DNA of 64,000 nt from an uncultured delta proteobacterium. Lineage in GTDB: Bacteria; Myxococcota; Myxococcia; Myxococcales; Anaeromyxobacteraceae. Below, in pieces: positions 50,263-61,680 of this stretch. Below the pieces are notes generated by a model. It searched no databases. It was not told the origin of the DNA and saw nothing but the letters and a program-made list of their open reading frames with translations. The stretch is from positions 448,001-512,000 of the forward strand of contig CAWFDF010000008.1 in NCBI GenBank assembly GCA_963814585.1, in the 5' to 3' direction. A program made the translations under genes and the position numbers. The number at the start of each line of letters is the position of its first letter. Positions within the stretch are counted from its first letter, which is position 1.

Positions 50263-50906
50263 GGTGCGCCTCCGCCGGGATAGCCCCAGGCCTGCAGCGT
50301 GGCCGCGTCGAGCGGCGGGAACTCACGCAGCCGCGCCACGTGGCGGGCCACCAGGTCCGCCTCCAGGTTGACGGGCCGGCCCGGCGCCGCGTCGCCCAGC
50401 GTGGTGCGGGCCAGCGTCTCCGGGATGAGCGCCACCTCGAAGCGATCGCGTCCGGCCGACGCCACCGTCAGCGAGATCCCGTCGACGGCGATCGACCCCT
50501 TCTCCGCCACCAGCGGCGCCAGCGAGGCCGGCAGCGAGATGGTGAGCCGGGCCCCCTGTCCCTCGGGGCTTCGTGCCAGCACCTCCCCGACGGCGTCGAC
50601 GTGGCCGGCCACCAGGTGGCCACCCAGCCGGTCGGAGAGGCGCAGCGCCCGCTCCAGGTTGATCCGGCTGCCGGGGCGCCAGCCGCCGATGACGGTCCTC
50701 GCCAGCGTCTCCGGGACGGCGTCGAAGGCCACCAGCCCCCCGCCCCGCTCCACCACCGTGAGGCAGGCGCCCGAGCAGGCCACGCTCTCCCCCACGGCGA
50801 GGTCGTCCACCGGCAGGGCGCCCGGCCGGACCACCAGGCGCACGCCGCCGGCGCGCGGCGTGATCCGCTCGACCACCCCGATATCGCTGATGAGCCCGGT
50901 GAACAT
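50259..50906 (-). CDS. ribE: Riboflavin synthase alpha chain
   Basis: MFTG start, [29 protein letters not shown]. Confidence 0.95.
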   Translation of the reverse strand: MFTGLISDIGVVERITPRAGGVRLVVRPGALPVDDLAVGESVACSGACLTVVERGGGLVAFDAVPETLARTVIGGWRPGSRINLERALRLSDRLGGHLVAGHVDAVGEVLARSPEGQGARLTISLPASLAPLVAEKGSIAVDGISLTVASAGRDRFEVALIPETLARTTLGDAAPGRPVNLEADLVARHVARLREFPPLDAATLQAWGYPGGGAP

Positions 50907-50918
50907 GGGAGGTCGATC

Positions 50919-52034
50919 CTAGACCCGTCCCCTCGTGGCCGCCAGCGCGGGCGTCCCCTGCAGGAGCAGGTCGTCCCCCAGCCACTCCACCGTCAGGTCT
51001 CGCACCCGGAGGGCGTCGGCCATGCGCGCCGGGCCGGTCGCGCCGCTCCAGGAGAGGCCGGCGCCCAGCACCCTCGGGGCCAGCACCAGCGCCAGCCGGT
51101 CGACCACCCCGGCCGCCAGGCAGCTGGCCGCCACCGCGCCGCCTCCCTCCACCAGCAGGTGCACCACGCCGCGGTCCGCCAGCCTGGAGAGCACGTCGTG
51201 GAGGTCGAGGCCGCCCGGCCCGCGGGCGCAGCGAAGCTGGTCGACACGGGGCCCCAGGTCACGCTCGCGCCTGGCGGCATGGACCACCAGGGTGCGGGCC
51301 GCCGACCGCTGCCGGAAGAGCCTGAGCGTGGCGGGCAACCGGAGGTCGGTGTCGAGCACCACGCGGAGCGGATCCCGCCCGCCGCCGGCCGGCAGCCGGG
51401 TGGTGAGGCGTGGATCGTCGGCCTGCGCCGTGCCCCGCCCCACCAGCACGGCGTCGACCCGATCGCGCAGCCGGTGCACCCAGGCGCGCGCCTCGGGGCC
51501 GCTCACCCAGCGAGAGTCACCGGCGAGCGTGGCGACGCGGCCGTCGAGGGTCGACGCCACCTTGAGCGTGACGAACGGGCGGCCGCTGGAGATGAAGCGG
51601 AACCAGGGGGCGTTGAGCGCATCGCACTCGGCCTGCAGCGGGCCGGCCACCACCTCGACCCCGGCGCGCCGGAGCCGGGCCGTCCCCCGGCCATTCACCA
51701 GCGGGTTGGGATCGCGCGAGCCGACGAAGACCCGGCGCACCCGCGCCTCGATCACCGCCGCGCTGCAGGGCGGCGTCCGCCCGAAGTGATCGCAGGGCTC
51801 CAGCGTGGTGTAGAGGTCGGCGCCGCGGGCTCGGGCTCCGGCCTGCCGCAGCGCCTCGATCTCCGCGTGCGGGCTGCCGGCCCGGGCGTGGTGCCCACGC
51901 CCCACCACCCGGCCGCCGCGCACCAGCACCGCGCCCACCGCCGGGTTGGGTGCGGTGCGCCCCACCCCGCGCGCCGCCTCCTCGAGCGCCATCCGCATGA
52001 AGCGCTCGCCCCCCGCGCTGGTGGTCGAGGTCAC
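50919..52034 (-). CDS. ribD: Riboflavin deaminase/reductase RibD
   Basis: [27 protein letters not shown]. Confidence 0.96.
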   Translation of the reverse strand: MTSTTSAGGERFMRMALEEAARGVGRTAPNPAVGAVLVRGGRVVGRGHHARAGSPHAEIEALRQAGARARGADLYTTLEPCDHFGRTPPCSAAVIEARVRRVFVGSRDPNPLVNGRGTARLRRAGVEVVAGPLQAECDALNAPWFRFISSGRPFVTLKVASTLDGRVATLAGDSRWVSGPEARAWVHRLRDRVDAVLVGRGTAQADDPRLTTRLPAGGGRDPLRVVLDTDLRLPATLRLFRQRSAARTLVVHAARRERDLGPRVDQLRCARGPGGLDLHDVLSRLADRGVVHLLVEGGGAVAASCLAAGVVDRLALVLAPRVLGAGLSWSGATGPARMADALRVRDLTVEWLGDDLLLQGTPALAATRGRV

Positions 52035-52501
52035 GTCCGGCGACCGCCCTTCTCACCGGCCAGCCCCTGCAGCTCGCTCATGAAGTCGCCGACGTCCTCG
52101 AAGGCGCGGTAGACCGAGGCGAAGCGGACGAAGGCCACCGGGTCGAGGTCGCGCAGCCGTCGCATCAAGGTCTCGCCGATGACGCGGCTCTGCACCTCCT
52201 TCTCGCCCAGCTCCTGCACCTGGCGCTCCACCTCCGAGACCAGCGCCTCCACCTGCGCCGAGGAGACCGGCCGCTTCTGGCAGGCCCGGGTCAGCCCCTC
52301 GACGATCTTCTTCCGGTCGAACGGCTCGCGCCGCCCGTCCTTCTTCACCACCACCGGGAGGCTCTCCTCGATCCGCTCGTAGGTGGTGAAGCGGCGCGAG
52401 CAGGCCAGGCACTCCCGGCGCCGGCGCGTGCTCTGCCCGTCCCCGGTCTCGCGGGAGTCCACGACCTTGTCTTCCAGGTGGCCGCAGGCGGGGCAGCGCA
52501 T
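52031..52501 (-). CDS. nrdR: Transcriptional repressor NrdR
   Basis: MRCPAC...[12 protein letters not shown] cone, VRFASVYR. Confidence 0.97.
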   Translation of the reverse strand: MRCPACGHLEDKVVDSRETGDGQSTRRRRECLACSRRFTTYERIEESLPVVVKKDGRREPFDRKKIVEGLTRACQKRPVSSAQVEALVSEVERQVQELGEKEVQSRVIGETLMRRLRDLDPVAFVRFASVYRAFEDVGDFMSELQGLAGEKGGRRT

Positions 52502-52508
52502 GAGCGTC

Positions 52509-53765
52509 TCAGTAGCGATCGGCGTACATGGGGAAGCGGGCGCAGAGCGCCTTCACGTCGGCGCGCACCGCCGCCAGCGAGGCGGCGTCGTCGGGCGCGT
52601 CGAGCGCCCGGCCGATGAGGGTAGCCACCGTCGCCATCTCGGCCTCGCCGAACCCGCGGGTGGTGAGCGCCGGCGTGCCGACGCGGATGCCCGAGGTGGT
52701 CATGGGCTTCTCGGGGTCCCACGGGATCATGTTCTTGTTGACGGTGATGCCGGCCTGCCCGAGCGCCTCCTCGGCCACCTTGCCGGTCAGCTTCTTGGGG
52801 CGAAGGTCCACCAGCATGAGGTGGTTGTCGGTGCCGCCCGAGACCAGCCGCAGCCCGGCGCCGATCAGCCCCCCGGCCAGCGCCTGGGCGTTCTTGACGA
52901 TGCTGGCCTGGTAGGCCTGGAACTCCGGGCGCAGCGCCTCGCCGAAGGCCACCGCCTTGGCGGCGATGACGTGCTCCAGCGGCCCGCCCTGGATGCCCGG
53001 GAAGATCTGGCTGTTGAGCTTCTTGGCCAGCTCGGGGTCGTTGGTCAGGATCATGCCGCCGCGCGGGCCGCGCAGCGTCTTGTGGGTGGTGGTGGTGACC
53101 AGCGCGGCGTGCGGCACCGGGCTGGGGTGCTGGCCCGCCGCCACCAGGCCGGCGATGTGGGCCATGTCGACCATCAGCTTGGCCCCCACCTCGCTGGCGA
53201 TGGCCGCGAACCTCTCGAAGTCGAGGGTTCGCGGATAGGCGCTGGCGCCGACCACCAGCACCCTGGGACGGTGCTCGCGGCAGAGCCGCGCCACCTCGTC
53301 CATGTCGATCTGCTCGTCGGTCTGCCGCAGGCCGTACGGCACGACCTTGAAGAGCCGCCCGGAGAAGTTGACCGGCGAGCCGTGGGTGAGGTGGCCGCCG
53401 AAGTTGAGGCTCATGGCCACGATGGTGTCACCCGGCTGGGCCAGCGCGAAGTAGGCCGCCATGTTGGCCTGGGAGCCGGAGTGGGGCTGGACGTTGGCGA
53501 ACGCGGCGCCGAACAGCTGACGGGCCCGGTCGATGGCCAGCTGCTCCACCTGGTCGACCACCTCGCAGCCGCCGTAGTAGCGCTTGCCCGGGTAGCCTTC
53601 GGCGTACTTGTTGGTGAGGGTCGACCCGGCCGCCTCGAGCACCGCCGGGGACACGAAGTTCTCGCTCGCGATCAGCTCCAGCCCCTCGGCCTGGCGGCGG
53701 GTCTCCTCGCGGATGAGCCGGAAGATCTCGGGATCGGCCTCGGAGAGGCGGGCGGTGGGCATCAT
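52509..53765 (-). CDS. glyA: Serine hydroxymethyltransferase
   Basis: [42 protein letters not shown]. Confidence 0.97.
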   Translation of the reverse strand: MMPTARLSEADPEIFRLIREETRRQAEGLELIASENFVSPAVLEAAGSTLTNKYAEGYPGKRYYGGCEVVDQVEQLAIDRARQLFGAAFANVQPHSGSQANMAAYFALAQPGDTIVAMSLNFGGHLTHGSPVNFSGRLFKVVPYGLRQTDEQIDMDEVARLCREHRPRVLVVGASAYPRTLDFERFAAIASEVGAKLMVDMAHIAGLVAAGQHPSPVPHAALVTTTTHKTLRGPRGGMILTNDPELAKKLNSQIFPGIQGGPLEHVIAAKAVAFGEALRPEFQAYQASIVKNAQALAGGLIGAGLRLVSGGTDNHLMLVDLRPKKLTGKVAEEALGQAGITVNKNMIPWDPEKPMTTSGIRVGTPALTTRGFGEAEMATVATLIGRALDAPDDAASLAAVRADVKALCARFPMYADRY

Positions 53766-53836
53766 GTGGGACTCCTGGTGGAAGCGGCCGGAGGCGCGTT
53801 CATAACGCGCCGAGCCATGGATCGGCAACCGCGCCG

Positions 53837-54280
53837 TCAGCGGTCGAGGGCGTCGAGCTTCTCGACCCGCCGGGCGTGGCGGCCCCCCTCGAACGGCGTG
53901 GCGAGGAAGGCCTCGACGATGGCGGCCGCCAGCCCGGCGCCGGTGACCCGCTCGCCGAGGCAGAGGACGTTGGCGTCGTTGTGGGCGCGCGCCATGCGCG
54001 CCTCGTACTCGGTGCGGCAGAGCGCGGCGCGGACGCCGGGGAGCTTGTTGGCGGCGATCGACATGCCGATCCCGGTGCCGCACACCAGCAGGGCGAAGCG
54101 GGCCCGGCCGGCGGCCAGCGCCTCCCCGACCCGGACGGCCTGGTCCGGGTAGTCGACGCTGTCGGTGGTGAAGGGGCCGAGGTCCTCGACCTCCAGCCCG
54201 CGGGCGCGCGCCACCTTGATCGCCTCGGCGCGCAGGGCGAGCCCGGCGTGATCCGAGGCGACGACCAGCTTCTCGGACAT
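53837..54280 (-). CDS. rpiB: Ribose-5-phosphate isomerase B
   Basis: SDHAG, DYPD, CGTGIG, HNDANVL, GGRH. Confidence 0.95.
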   Translation of the reverse strand: MSEKLVVASDHAGLALRAEAIKVARARGLEVEDLGPFTTDSVDYPDQAVRVGEALAAGRARFALLVCGTGIGMSIAANKLPGVRAALCRTEYEARMARAHNDANVLCLGERVTGAGLAAAIVEAFLATPFEGGRHARRVEKLDALDR

Positions 54281-54326
54281 GGGATGCCCCTCCGGGCCCG
54301 ACGGCCCTCGACGGCCCTAGACGGCC

Positions 54327-55568
54327 CTAGACGGCCTTGAACAGCAGCACCGAGTTGGTGCCGCCGAAGCCGAAGCTGTTGGACATGGCGGCGCCGAGCT
54401 TCTTCTCGCGGGCGGTGTTGGGCACCACGTCGAGCTGACACTCGGGGTCCTGCTCCTCGACGTTGATGGTCGGCGGAACGACGCCGCGGTGGAGCGCCAT
54501 CACGGTGATGACCGCCTCGCAGCCGCCGGCGGCCCCCAGCAGGTGACCGGTCATCGACTTGGTCGACGAGACCACCAGGCCCTTCCTGGCGTGGTCTCCG
54601 AAGACCTTGTTGATGGCCTGGCACTCGGCCACGTCGCCCTGGGGCGTGGAGGTGCCGTGGGTGTTGACGTAGCCGACCTGATCGGCGCCCATCCCGGCGA
54701 ACTTGAGGGCCATCCTCATGGCCCGCTGCCCGCCCTCGCCTTCCGGCGCCGGCGAGGTGACGTGGTAGGCGTCGGCGGAGGCGCCGTAGCCGGCCAGCTC
54801 GGCGTAGATCCGAGCGCCGCGCCGCCGGGCGTGCTCGTACTCCTCGAGGACCAGCAGGCCCGAGCCCTCGCCGGCCACGAAGCCGTCGCGCCCCTTGTCG
54901 AACGGCCGGCTGGCCCGCTCCGGCTCGTCGTTCCTCTCCGACATGGCACGGGCCGCGCAGAAGCCGCCCACGCCGAGCGGCGTGATGGTGGCCTCGCAGC
55001 CGCCCGCCAGGATCACGTCGGCCAGCCCCCGCTCGATGTAGAGGAGGGCGTCGCCGATGGAGTGGTTGCCGGTGGCGCAGGCCGAGACCGTGGAGAAGTT
55101 CGGCCCCTTCATCCCGTAGCGGATGCTGATCTGTCCCGGCGCCAGGTTGATGATCAGGCTGGGGATGAAGAACGGGCCGATCCGCTTCAGGCCGCGCTCG
55201 GTGAGCAGCGTCCGGTTCTCCTCGATGGTGCCGAGGCCGCCCATGCCGGCGCCGACGATGCAGCCGACCTGCTCCGGGTCCTCCTTCGACATGTCGAGGC
55301 CGGAGTCCTTCATGGCCATCTCGGCGGCGGCCAGCGCGAACTGGATGAAGCGATCGTTCCGGCGCGCCTCCTTCCTGTCCATGAAGTCACCGGGCTCGAA
55401 GCCCTTCACCTCGCCGGCGATGCGGGTCGGGTAGGTGGAGGCGTCGAAGAGGGTGATGGGGCCGATGCCGCTCCGTCCCGCCACCAGCGACTGCCATGAG
55501 GGCTCCACGCCGATTCCGACGGGAGAGACGAGGCCGAGCCCCGTGACCACCACTCGACGCCTGCTCAT
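54327..55568 (-). CDS. fabF: 3-oxoacyl-ACP synthase II
   Basis: [28 protein letters not shown]. Confidence 0.96.
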   Translation of the reverse strand: MSRRRVVVTGLGLVSPVGIGVEPSWQSLVAGRSGIGPITLFDASTYPTRIAGEVKGFEPGDFMDRKEARRNDRFIQFALAAAEMAMKDSGLDMSKEDPEQVGCIVGAGMGGLGTIEENRTLLTERGLKRIGPFFIPSLIINLAPGQISIRYGMKGPNFSTVSACATGNHSIGDALLYIERGLADVILAGGCEATITPLGVGGFCAARAMSERNDEPERASRPFDKGRDGFVAGEGSGLLVLEEYEHARRRGARIYAELAGYGASADAYHVTSPAPEGEGGQRAMRMALKFAGMGADQVGYVNTHGTSTPQGDVAECQAINKVFGDHARKGLVVSSTKSMTGHLLGAAGGCEAVITVMALHRGVVPPTINVEEQDPECQLDVVPNTAREKKLGAAMSNSFGFGGTNSVLLFKAV

Positions 55569-55679
55569 CGAACCCACCTCGTGCCAAGCGTGAAGACCTG
55601 CCGGCCAGGCGCGGACGCCCCGTGCCCCCGGCCCGGATCGCCGCGGCCCCGGGACCGCCCCGGGGCGCCCAGGCCCCGC

Positions 55680-55919
55680 CTACTTCTTGTGCGTGGTGAT
55701 GAAGTTGACGGCGTCCTGCACGGTCTTGATGTTCTCGGCCTCTTCGTCCGGGATCTCGACCTCGAACTCCTCCTCCATCTGCATGACCAGCTCGACGATG
55801 TCGAGGGAGTCCGCGCCGAGGTCGTCGATGAAGCTGGAGGTGATCTTGATCTCGTCGGCGTTGACGCCGAGGTTCTCCGCGATGATGGCCTTCACCTTCT
55901 GCTCGATGTTCGCCGACAT
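55680..55919 (-). CDS. acpP: Acyl carrier protein
   Basis: [23 protein letters not shown]. Confidence 0.97.
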   Translation of the reverse strand: MSANIEQKVKAIIAENLGVNADEIKITSSFIDDLGADSLDIVELVMQMEEEFEVEIPDEEAENIKTVQDAVNFITTHKK

Positions 55920-56005
55920 GGTGCTCCTCCTGGGTGGGGGGGGACTGCCCTGATGCTGCCACACTCCGGTGACCGGCCCGGTGCCGTGCCGCGGGTCGCC
56001 CGCGA

Positions 56006-56755
56006 TTACATGTACATTCCGCCGTTGACCTTCAAGACCTCGCCCGTCACGTAGGCGGCCTGGTCGCTGGCGAGGAAGCAGACGGCGTTGGCGACGTCCT
56101 CGGCCGAGCCGAGACGCCCCAGCGGGATCGCCTCCATCATCCTGGTCCGGGCCGCCTCCGGCAAGGCCGACGTCATGTCGGTGTCGATGAAGCCGGGGGT
56201 GACCGCGTTGCAGCGGATGTTACGCGAAGCCAGCTCCCGCGCGACACTCTTGGTCAGCCCGATCAGGCCGGCCTTGGTGGCCGCGTAGGCGGCCTGCCCG
56301 GCGTTGCCCATCTCGCCCACCACCGACGAGAGGTTCACGATGGCCCCGCCGCGCGCCTTCATCATGGGACGCGAGGCGGCGCGGGTGAGGTTGAAGGCGC
56401 CGGTCAGGTTGACGTCGAGCTGCCGCTTCCAGTCCTCGTCCTTGGCCCTCATCAGGAGCTGGTCGACGGCGATGCCGGCGTTGTTGACGAGGATGTGGAG
56501 CGCCCCGAGCTCGGCGACCACCTCGTCGAGGGCCTTCCCGCAGGCGGCCGAATCGGCCACGTCGAACCGGTAGAGCCTGGCCCGGGGGGCCCCGGCGGCC
56601 AGCACCAGCTGGAGCGCCTCCTGGGCGGCGGCCTCGTTGCCGGCGTAGTTGAGCGCCACGCTGGCGCCGCCCCGGGCCAGGGCCACGGCGATGGCCCGGC
56701 CGATGCCGCGCGACGCCCCGGTGACCAGGGCGACCTTGCCCTTGAAGTCGTGCAT
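56006..56755 (-). CDS. fabG: 3-oxoacyl-ACP reductase
   Basis: [26 protein letters not shown]. Confidence 0.96.
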   Translation of the reverse strand: MHDFKGKVALVTGASRGIGRAIAVALARGGASVALNYAGNEAAAQEALQLVLAAGAPRARLYRFDVADSAACGKALDEVVAELGALHILVNNAGIAVDQLLMRAKDEDWKRQLDVNLTGAFNLTRAASRPMMKARGGAIVNLSSVVGEMGNAGQAAYAATKAGLIGLTKSVARELASRNIRCNAVTPGFIDTDMTSALPEAARTRMMEAIPLGRLGSAEDVANAVCFLASDQAAYVTGEVLKVNGGMYM

Positions 56756-56760
56756 CGAAC

Positions 56761-57705
56761 TCACGCTCCCTTCAGCGCGGCCAGCGTCTTCTCCAGCGAG
56801 GCCGCGTCCTCGACGTTGAGCGACTCGATCCCGGGCGCGATCCGCTTCACCAGCCCACCCAGCACGCGCCCGGGCCCCACCTCGACCACCCGGGTGACGC
56901 CCTGCCGCGCCAGCTCCTCGACGCACTCGATCCAGCGGACCGGCGCCGTCACCTGCTGCAGCAGCAGCGGGATGACCCGCGCCAGGTCCGCGTTGGGGCG
57001 GGCCTCGACGTTGCTGACCACCGGACAGGACGGGGCGCGCCAGGCCAGGCCGCGCAGCACCGGCTCCAGCCGGCCCGTCACCGGGGCCATGAGCGCGCTG
57101 TGGAAGGGGGCGGAGACCGGGAGCGGCAGCACCCGCTTGGCCCCGGCCTCCTTGAGCCGCGCCCCGGCCAGCTCCACCGCGGCGGCGGCGCCGGCGATGA
57201 CGGTCTGGGCCGGCTCGTTGAAGTTGGCGGGCGAGACCACCTGCCCGGTGGCGGCGGCCACCTCGGCGCAGACCTCGGTCACCCGGGCCGGATCGAGCCC
57301 GAGCACGGCGCTCATCGCCCCCTGTCCGGCCGGCACCGCCTCCTGCATGAAGGTGCCGCGGGCGCGCACCGCGCGGGCGGCGTCGGCCGCCGAGATGGCC
57401 CCGGCGGCCACCAGCGCCGAGTACTCGCCCAGCGAGTGGCCGGCCACGTAGTCGGGGACCACGCCGGCGCGGGCCAGCACCGCCGCCGCCGCCGAGGAGA
57501 CCGCCAGGATGGCCGGCTGGGTGTTGGCCGTCAGCTTGAGCGCCTCGTCCGGGCCCTCGAAGCAGAGCCTGGAGAGGGGCTCGCCCAGGGCCCCGTCGAT
57601 CGCCTCGAAGACGGCGCGCGCCTCGGGGAAGCGCTCGGCCAGCTCGCGCCCCATGCCCGCCTTCTGCGCCCCCTGCCCCGGGAAGATGAATGCCAGCTTG
57701 CCCAT
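56761..57705 (-). CDS. fabD: Malonyl-CoA-ACP transacylase
   Basis: FPGQG, GHSLGEY, SAPFHS. Confidence 0.96.
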   Translation of the reverse strand: MGKLAFIFPGQGAQKAGMGRELAERFPEARAVFEAIDGALGEPLSRLCFEGPDEALKLTANTQPAILAVSSAAAAVLARAGVVPDYVAGHSLGEYSALVAAGAISAADAARAVRARGTFMQEAVPAGQGAMSAVLGLDPARVTEVCAEVAAATGQVVSPANFNEPAQTVIAGAAAAVELAGARLKEAGAKRVLPLPVSAPFHSALMAPVTGRLEPVLRGLAWRAPSCPVVSNVEARPNADLARVIPLLLQQVTAPVRWIECVEELARQGVTRVVEVGPGRVLGGLVKRIAPGIESLNVEDAASLEKTLAALKGA

Positions 57706-57727
57706 GTCGGTCCCTGGATGGCGCCGG

Positions 57728-58708
57728 CTACCAGCGGAGCAGCGCGCCGCCCCAGGCCATGCCGCCGCCGATGGCCATCATCAGGATCTTGTCTCCGGGC
57801 TTGAACCAGCCGGCCCGGTTGGCCTCGTCGAGCGTGGTCGGCACGCTGGCCGACGAGGTGTTCCCGTACTTCTCCAGGTTCATCCAGCACCGCTCGGGCG
57901 GGATCTCGAGCCGCTGCAGGGTGGCGTCGAGGATCCGCTTGTTGGCCTGGTGGGCGATGACGTGATCCACCTGGCTCGGCTTGAGCCCCTCGGCGTCGAG
58001 CACCTCGTGGCAGACCTCCGCCAGCGCGCGGACCGCCACCTTGTAGACCTCGGTCCCCTTCATGTAGATGTGCTGCCTCCCCGCCGCCAGCCCCTCGGCG
58101 GTGAGCGGCTCGCGCGAGCCGCCGCCCGGCTGCAGCAGCATCGAGACCATCGAGCCGTCGGCGTGGAGCCGGATGGTGGAGAGGCCGCGGTGGGCCTCCC
58201 CGGTCCCTCTCAGCACCATGGCCCCGGCGCCGTCGCCGAAGAGGATGCAGGTGTTCCGGTCCTTCCAGTTGGTGATGCGGGTGAGCGTGTCGACGCCGAT
58301 CACCAGGGCGTTCTTGCAGGCCCCCGAGGCGACGAAGCGATCCGCCACCGAGAGCGCGTAGATCGAGCCGGCGCAGGCCGCCGAGACGTCGAAGGCGAAG
58401 GCCTTCTTGTTGCCCAGCTTCCCCTGCAGCACCGCGGCGGTGCTGGGGAACGGGTAGTCGGGCGTCACCGTGCCGACCACGATCATCTCCACGTCGGCGG
58501 CGTCGAGCCCGGCCATCTCCAGCGCCCGCTTCGAGGCCTCCAGGGCCAGATCGCTGCTGGCCTGCTCGGGCGCCGCCAGGTGCCGCTCGCGGATGCCGGT
58601 GCGCTCCCGGATCCACTGGTCGTTGGTCTCGACCAGCTTCTCCAGGTCCGCGTTGGTGAGGATCTTCTCCGGGGCGTAGCTTCCGGTACCGACGACGAGC
58701 GAGCGCAT
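57728..58708 (-). CDS. fabH: 3-oxoacyl-ACP synthase III
   Basis: AACAG, FGDGAGA, HQAN, GNTSSAS. Confidence 0.95.
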   Translation of the reverse strand: MRSLVVGTGSYAPEKILTNADLEKLVETNDQWIRERTGIRERHLAAPEQASSDLALEASKRALEMAGLDAADVEMIVVGTVTPDYPFPSTAAVLQGKLGNKKAFAFDVSAACAGSIYALSVADRFVASGACKNALVIGVDTLTRITNWKDRNTCILFGDGAGAMVLRGTGEAHRGLSTIRLHADGSMVSMLLQPGGGSREPLTAEGLAAGRQHIYMKGTEVYKVAVRALAEVCHEVLDAEGLKPSQVDHVIAHQANKRILDATLQRLEIPPERCWMNLEKYGNTSSASVPTTLDEANRAGWFKPGDKILMMAIGGGMAWGGALLRW

Positions 58709-59742
58709 CAGGTCTCCTGGGCGCGGGCGAGCAGCGACTCGGCCGGCGCCACGGCCGCCGCGATGTCGTCCACGAAGTGGGTCCGTGCGGCCTGCTGGGC
58801 CCGCCGGATGGCGTTCTCGATGGCCAGTGCGTCGGAGCGCCCGTGGCTGATGAAGCCCACGCCGTTGACGCCGAGGAGCGGCGCGCCACCGACTTCGCGC
58901 CAGTCCATCTTCTTCTTCATCCCCTCCAGGGCCTTGCGGGCCAGCAGGCCCCCCACCGAGGAGACCAGCGTGCTGCGGATGGCGCGCTTGAGGTGCTCGC
59001 CCACCACCCGGGCGGTCCCCTCCATGGTCTTGAGCGCCACGTTGCCGGTGAAGCCGTCGGTGACGATGACGTCGAACTCGCCGGTGAGGAGGTCGCGCCC
59101 CTCGCAGTAGCCGCGGAAGTCGATGTCGGCACGCTTGAGCGCCGCGGCCGCGGCGCGGGTCAGCTCGGTTCCCTTGGCCTCCTCCTCGCCGTTGGAGAGG
59201 ATGGCCACGCTGGGCCGGGCCACGCCCAGCACGCGCCGGGAGTAGACCTCGCCCATCAGGCCGAACTGGACCAGGTGGATCGGCCTGCAGTCGACGTTGG
59301 CGCCCATGTCGAGCATCAGCGGCACGCCCTTCAGGCCCGGCAGCACGGTCACGATGGCCGGCCGCTCGACGCCCTTGGGACGGCCGAGGACGAAGATGGC
59401 GCCGGCCATCACGGCGCCGGAGTTGCCGGCCGAGACCATGCCGCACGCCGTCCCCTCGGCCACCAGGTCGAAGCAGACGCGGATCGAGTTGTCCTTCTTG
59501 CGGCGCATCGCCTGCCCGGGGTGATCGTGGAAGTCGATCACCTCGGTGGCGTGCTTCACTTCGATGGGGAGGGACTTGCCGGCGTGGCGGCGCGCCAGCT
59601 CGTCGCGCACCACGCCTTCCGGGCCCACCAGCGTGACCGGGAAGCCCTTGCGCGCCGCGTCAATGGCACCTTGCACGATCGCGCCCGGGGCATGATCACC
59701 CCCCATGGCATCGACGGCGACCGGCGCGAGGTGCTTGGTCAT
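58708..59742 (-). CDS. plsX: Phosphate acyltransferase PlsX
   Basis: DAMGGDHAP, SAGNSGA, DMGAN, DGFTGNVALK, GGAPLLG, HGRS. Confidence 0.96.
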   Translation of the reverse strand: MTKHLAPVAVDAMGGDHAPGAIVQGAIDAARKGFPVTLVGPEGVVRDELARRHAGKSLPIEVKHATEVIDFHDHPGQAMRRKKDNSIRVCFDLVAEGTACGMVSAGNSGAVMAGAIFVLGRPKGVERPAIVTVLPGLKGVPLMLDMGANVDCRPIHLVQFGLMGEVYSRRVLGVARPSVAILSNGEEEAKGTELTRAAAAALKRADIDFRGYCEGRDLLTGEFDVIVTDGFTGNVALKTMEGTARVVGEHLKRAIRSTLVSSVGGLLARKALEGMKKKMDWREVGGAPLLGVNGVGFISHGRSDALAIENAIRRAQQAARTHFVDDIAAAVAPAESLLARAQET

Positions 59743-59748
59743 CGACCG

Positions 59749-59928
59749 CTACGTGGCGTCGACGACCTGCGCGCCCTTGTACGTCCCGCAGGACGGGCAG
59801 ACGCGGTGGGAAAGCACCGGCTCCTGGCACTTCGGGCACGTGGTCACGTTGACGCCCTTCAGCTTGAAGTTGGCCGACCGGCGGCGGTCGCGACGCATGC
59901 TGCTGGTTCGCTTCTTGGGAACGCCCAC
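59749..59928 (-). CDS. rpmF: 50S ribosomal protein L32
   Basis: Own translation (not in ORF track): VGVPKKRTSSMRRDRRRSAN...CPKCQEPVLSHRVCPSCGTYKG; AGGAG SD. Confidence 0.95.
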   Translation of the reverse strand: MGVPKKRTSSMRRDRRRSANFKLKGVNVTTCPKCQEPVLSHRVCPSCGTYKGAQVVDAT

Positions 59929-59961
59929 TGTGATGCTCCTGCGGCCGTGCCGCGGAATGGG

Positions 59962-60528
59962 TTACGTCAGCTTCACCTTGGCGAGCGCGGCCCACCGCGG
60001 GTCCGGCACCTTGCGGTCGCAGCCGCACTCACCTTCATTCAGATTCGTGCCACACACGGAGCAGAGCCCCTTGCAGGCCTCCTGGCAGACCGGATACTCG
60101 GGGAGCGCCAGCAACACCTGCTCGCGGAGGATGGGGTCGAGATCGACCACCTTCCCCTGGTAGGCCTCCTCCTCGGCGTCCTGGAGATCGAAGCTCCCGG
60201 CCACCGGGTGGTGCGCCTTGTCGTCGGCCGCCACGCTCTCGCGCTCCGCGTACTCATCCGCCGGCACCAGCGTCAGCGCGAAGACGACCGGCAGCCTGGA
60301 GCCGATGGGCGCCAGGCACCGGCTGCACGCCCCGGCCAGCTCGGCCATGGCCCGGGCCTTGACGAAGACGCGCCGGTCGAGTTTCTCGAACCGCGCGTCG
60401 ACGTGGGCGCCTCCGCTCGCGCGCCAGCCGGAACGGTCGCCGACCACGATGGCGTCGAGGGCCTCGCGGGGCAGATCCCAGCTCCGGTCGATGCCGGCTT
60501 CCTTGATTTCGTCAATGTTCACGCGCAT
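59962..60528 (-). CDS. yceD: DUF177/YceD rRNA accumulation protein
   Basis: CSRCL, CQEACKGLCSVCG.NLN..C.C, DPRWAAL; upstream of rpmF. Confidence 0.92.
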   Translation of the reverse strand: MRVNIDEIKEAGIDRSWDLPREALDAIVVGDRSGWRASGGAHVDARFEKLDRRVFVKARAMAELAGACSRCLAPIGSRLPVVFALTLVPADEYAERESVAADDKAHHPVAGSFDLQDAEEEAYQGKVVDLDPILREQVLLALPEYPVCQEACKGLCSVCGTNLNEGECGCDRKVPDPRWAALAKVKLT

Positions 60529-60561
60529 TTGCGCACTACTTCCGGCACTCAAAGGGCGCTC

Positions 60562-60589
60562 ATTATAGGGACCGAACCCCGCAAGTCAA
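60562..60589 (-). promoter_or_regulatory. sigma70 promoter of the yceD-rpmF-plsX-fab operon
   Basis: Minus strand TTGACT-N16-TATAAT. Confidence 0.7.
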
Positions 60590-60657
60590 GGCGCGCCCTC
60601 CGAAGTGGCGTGACGGTCCGCGTCATGAGCCGCGGATCGCCGGGATCCGCGAGCGTC

Positions 60658-61305
60658 CTAGGGCTTCACCAGGCCCCGGGCCACGGCCAGCAGCGCCGCC
60701 TCGGCCTTGGTCGAGACGTCCATCTTCTCGTAGATCCGCTTCACGTAGGTCTGGACCGTCCCCTCGGCCAGGCCCAGCGCCTGCGCGACGTCGGCGTAGG
60801 TGTGGCCGTGGACCAGCAGCGCCAGGACCTCCAGCTCGCGCTTCGAGAGCGCCGGGCCGGACGACGGCTTCTGATCCGGGGCGTCGCCGCGGAGCTCCGC
60901 CAGCAGCACCTTGGCGGCTCGTGGGCTGATGGGCGCGGCGTCACCGGCCAGGACGTCCTCGACCGCCTTGGTGAGGTCGGCGGCGTGAAACGGCTTGAGG
61001 ATGTAGCCGGCCGCGCCGGAGCGCATCGCTCCCAGGACCCGGGCCGGGATGTCGACCGCGGTGAGCGCGATGCAGGCCGTCTTGGGGAGGTCGCGACGGA
61101 TGGTGGCGATGACGTCCTCGCCGCTCATCCGCGGCAGGCCGAGGTCGACCAGCGCCACGTCCGGCCTGGTCCGGTGGGCCAGCGCCACGCCCTCCTCCCC
61201 GGTGGCGGCCGTCCCCACCACCTCGATGCCGTGGGAGGTGAGGACCTGGACGATCAGGCGGGAGACCGCCTCGTCGTCCTCGACCGCGATCGCACGCACT
61301 GTCAT
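60658..61305 (-). CDS. NarL/LuxR-family response regulator
   Basis: VEDD, LVDLGLP, YILKP, LSKRELEVL...TVQTYVKRIYEK. Confidence 0.92.
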   Translation of the reverse strand: MTVRAIAVEDDEAVSRLIVQVLTSHGIEVVGTAATGEEGVALAHRTRPDVALVDLGLPRMSGEDVIATIRRDLPKTACIALTAVDIPARVLGAMRSGAAGYILKPFHAADLTKAVEDVLAGDAAPISPRAAKVLLAELRGDAPDQKPSSGPALSKRELEVLALLVHGHTYADVAQALGLAEGTVQTYVKRIYEKMDVSTKAEAALLAVARGLVKP

Positions 61306-61413
61306 TCGCCACCCGCCCGAAGTTGGTCAGTGGTCCCGAAGGCCGGGCCAGCTCATTCGTACCAGTCCATCCGTGGTGCGGCAAGCCGCCGGTCGGGTGC
61401 CCCGGCGCCAGGG

Positions 61414-61677
61414 CTACTCGCCGCCGGTGCCGGACCCGGCCGACCCGGCCCGTCCCAGCTCGTCGTGCTCGCCGTACCCCTGCAGGTCGAGCGCGATGGC
61501 CAGCAAGTAGAGGACCAGCGAGGCGATGCCGAGGGCCTGCCCGACGCTCATGGCGACCACCAGGAGCAGCGGCTGGGGGAAGATGATCGAGGCGACCATG
61601 AGGAACAGGGAGGTCAGGGTCGCGAAGATGGAGATGAGGACCAGCCTGCGGATGGTGAGCTTGGTGACGTTGAACAT
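61414..61677 (-). CDS. Small membrane protein (2 TM)
   Basis: Hydrophobic 87 aa; 3 nt after the cytochrome stop; AAGGAG SD. Confidence 0.7.
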   Translation of the reverse strand: MFNVTKLTIRRLVLISIFATLTSLFLMVASIIFPQPLLLVVAMSVGQALGIASLVLYLLAIALDLQGYGEHDELGRAGSAGSGTGGE

Positions 61678-61680
61678 CGC

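Noticed and set aside
55572..55588. TTGGCACG upstream of fabF (and TGGCACG near 5030) as sigma54 promoters
   Set aside because: The -12 position is GT rather than GC in both.
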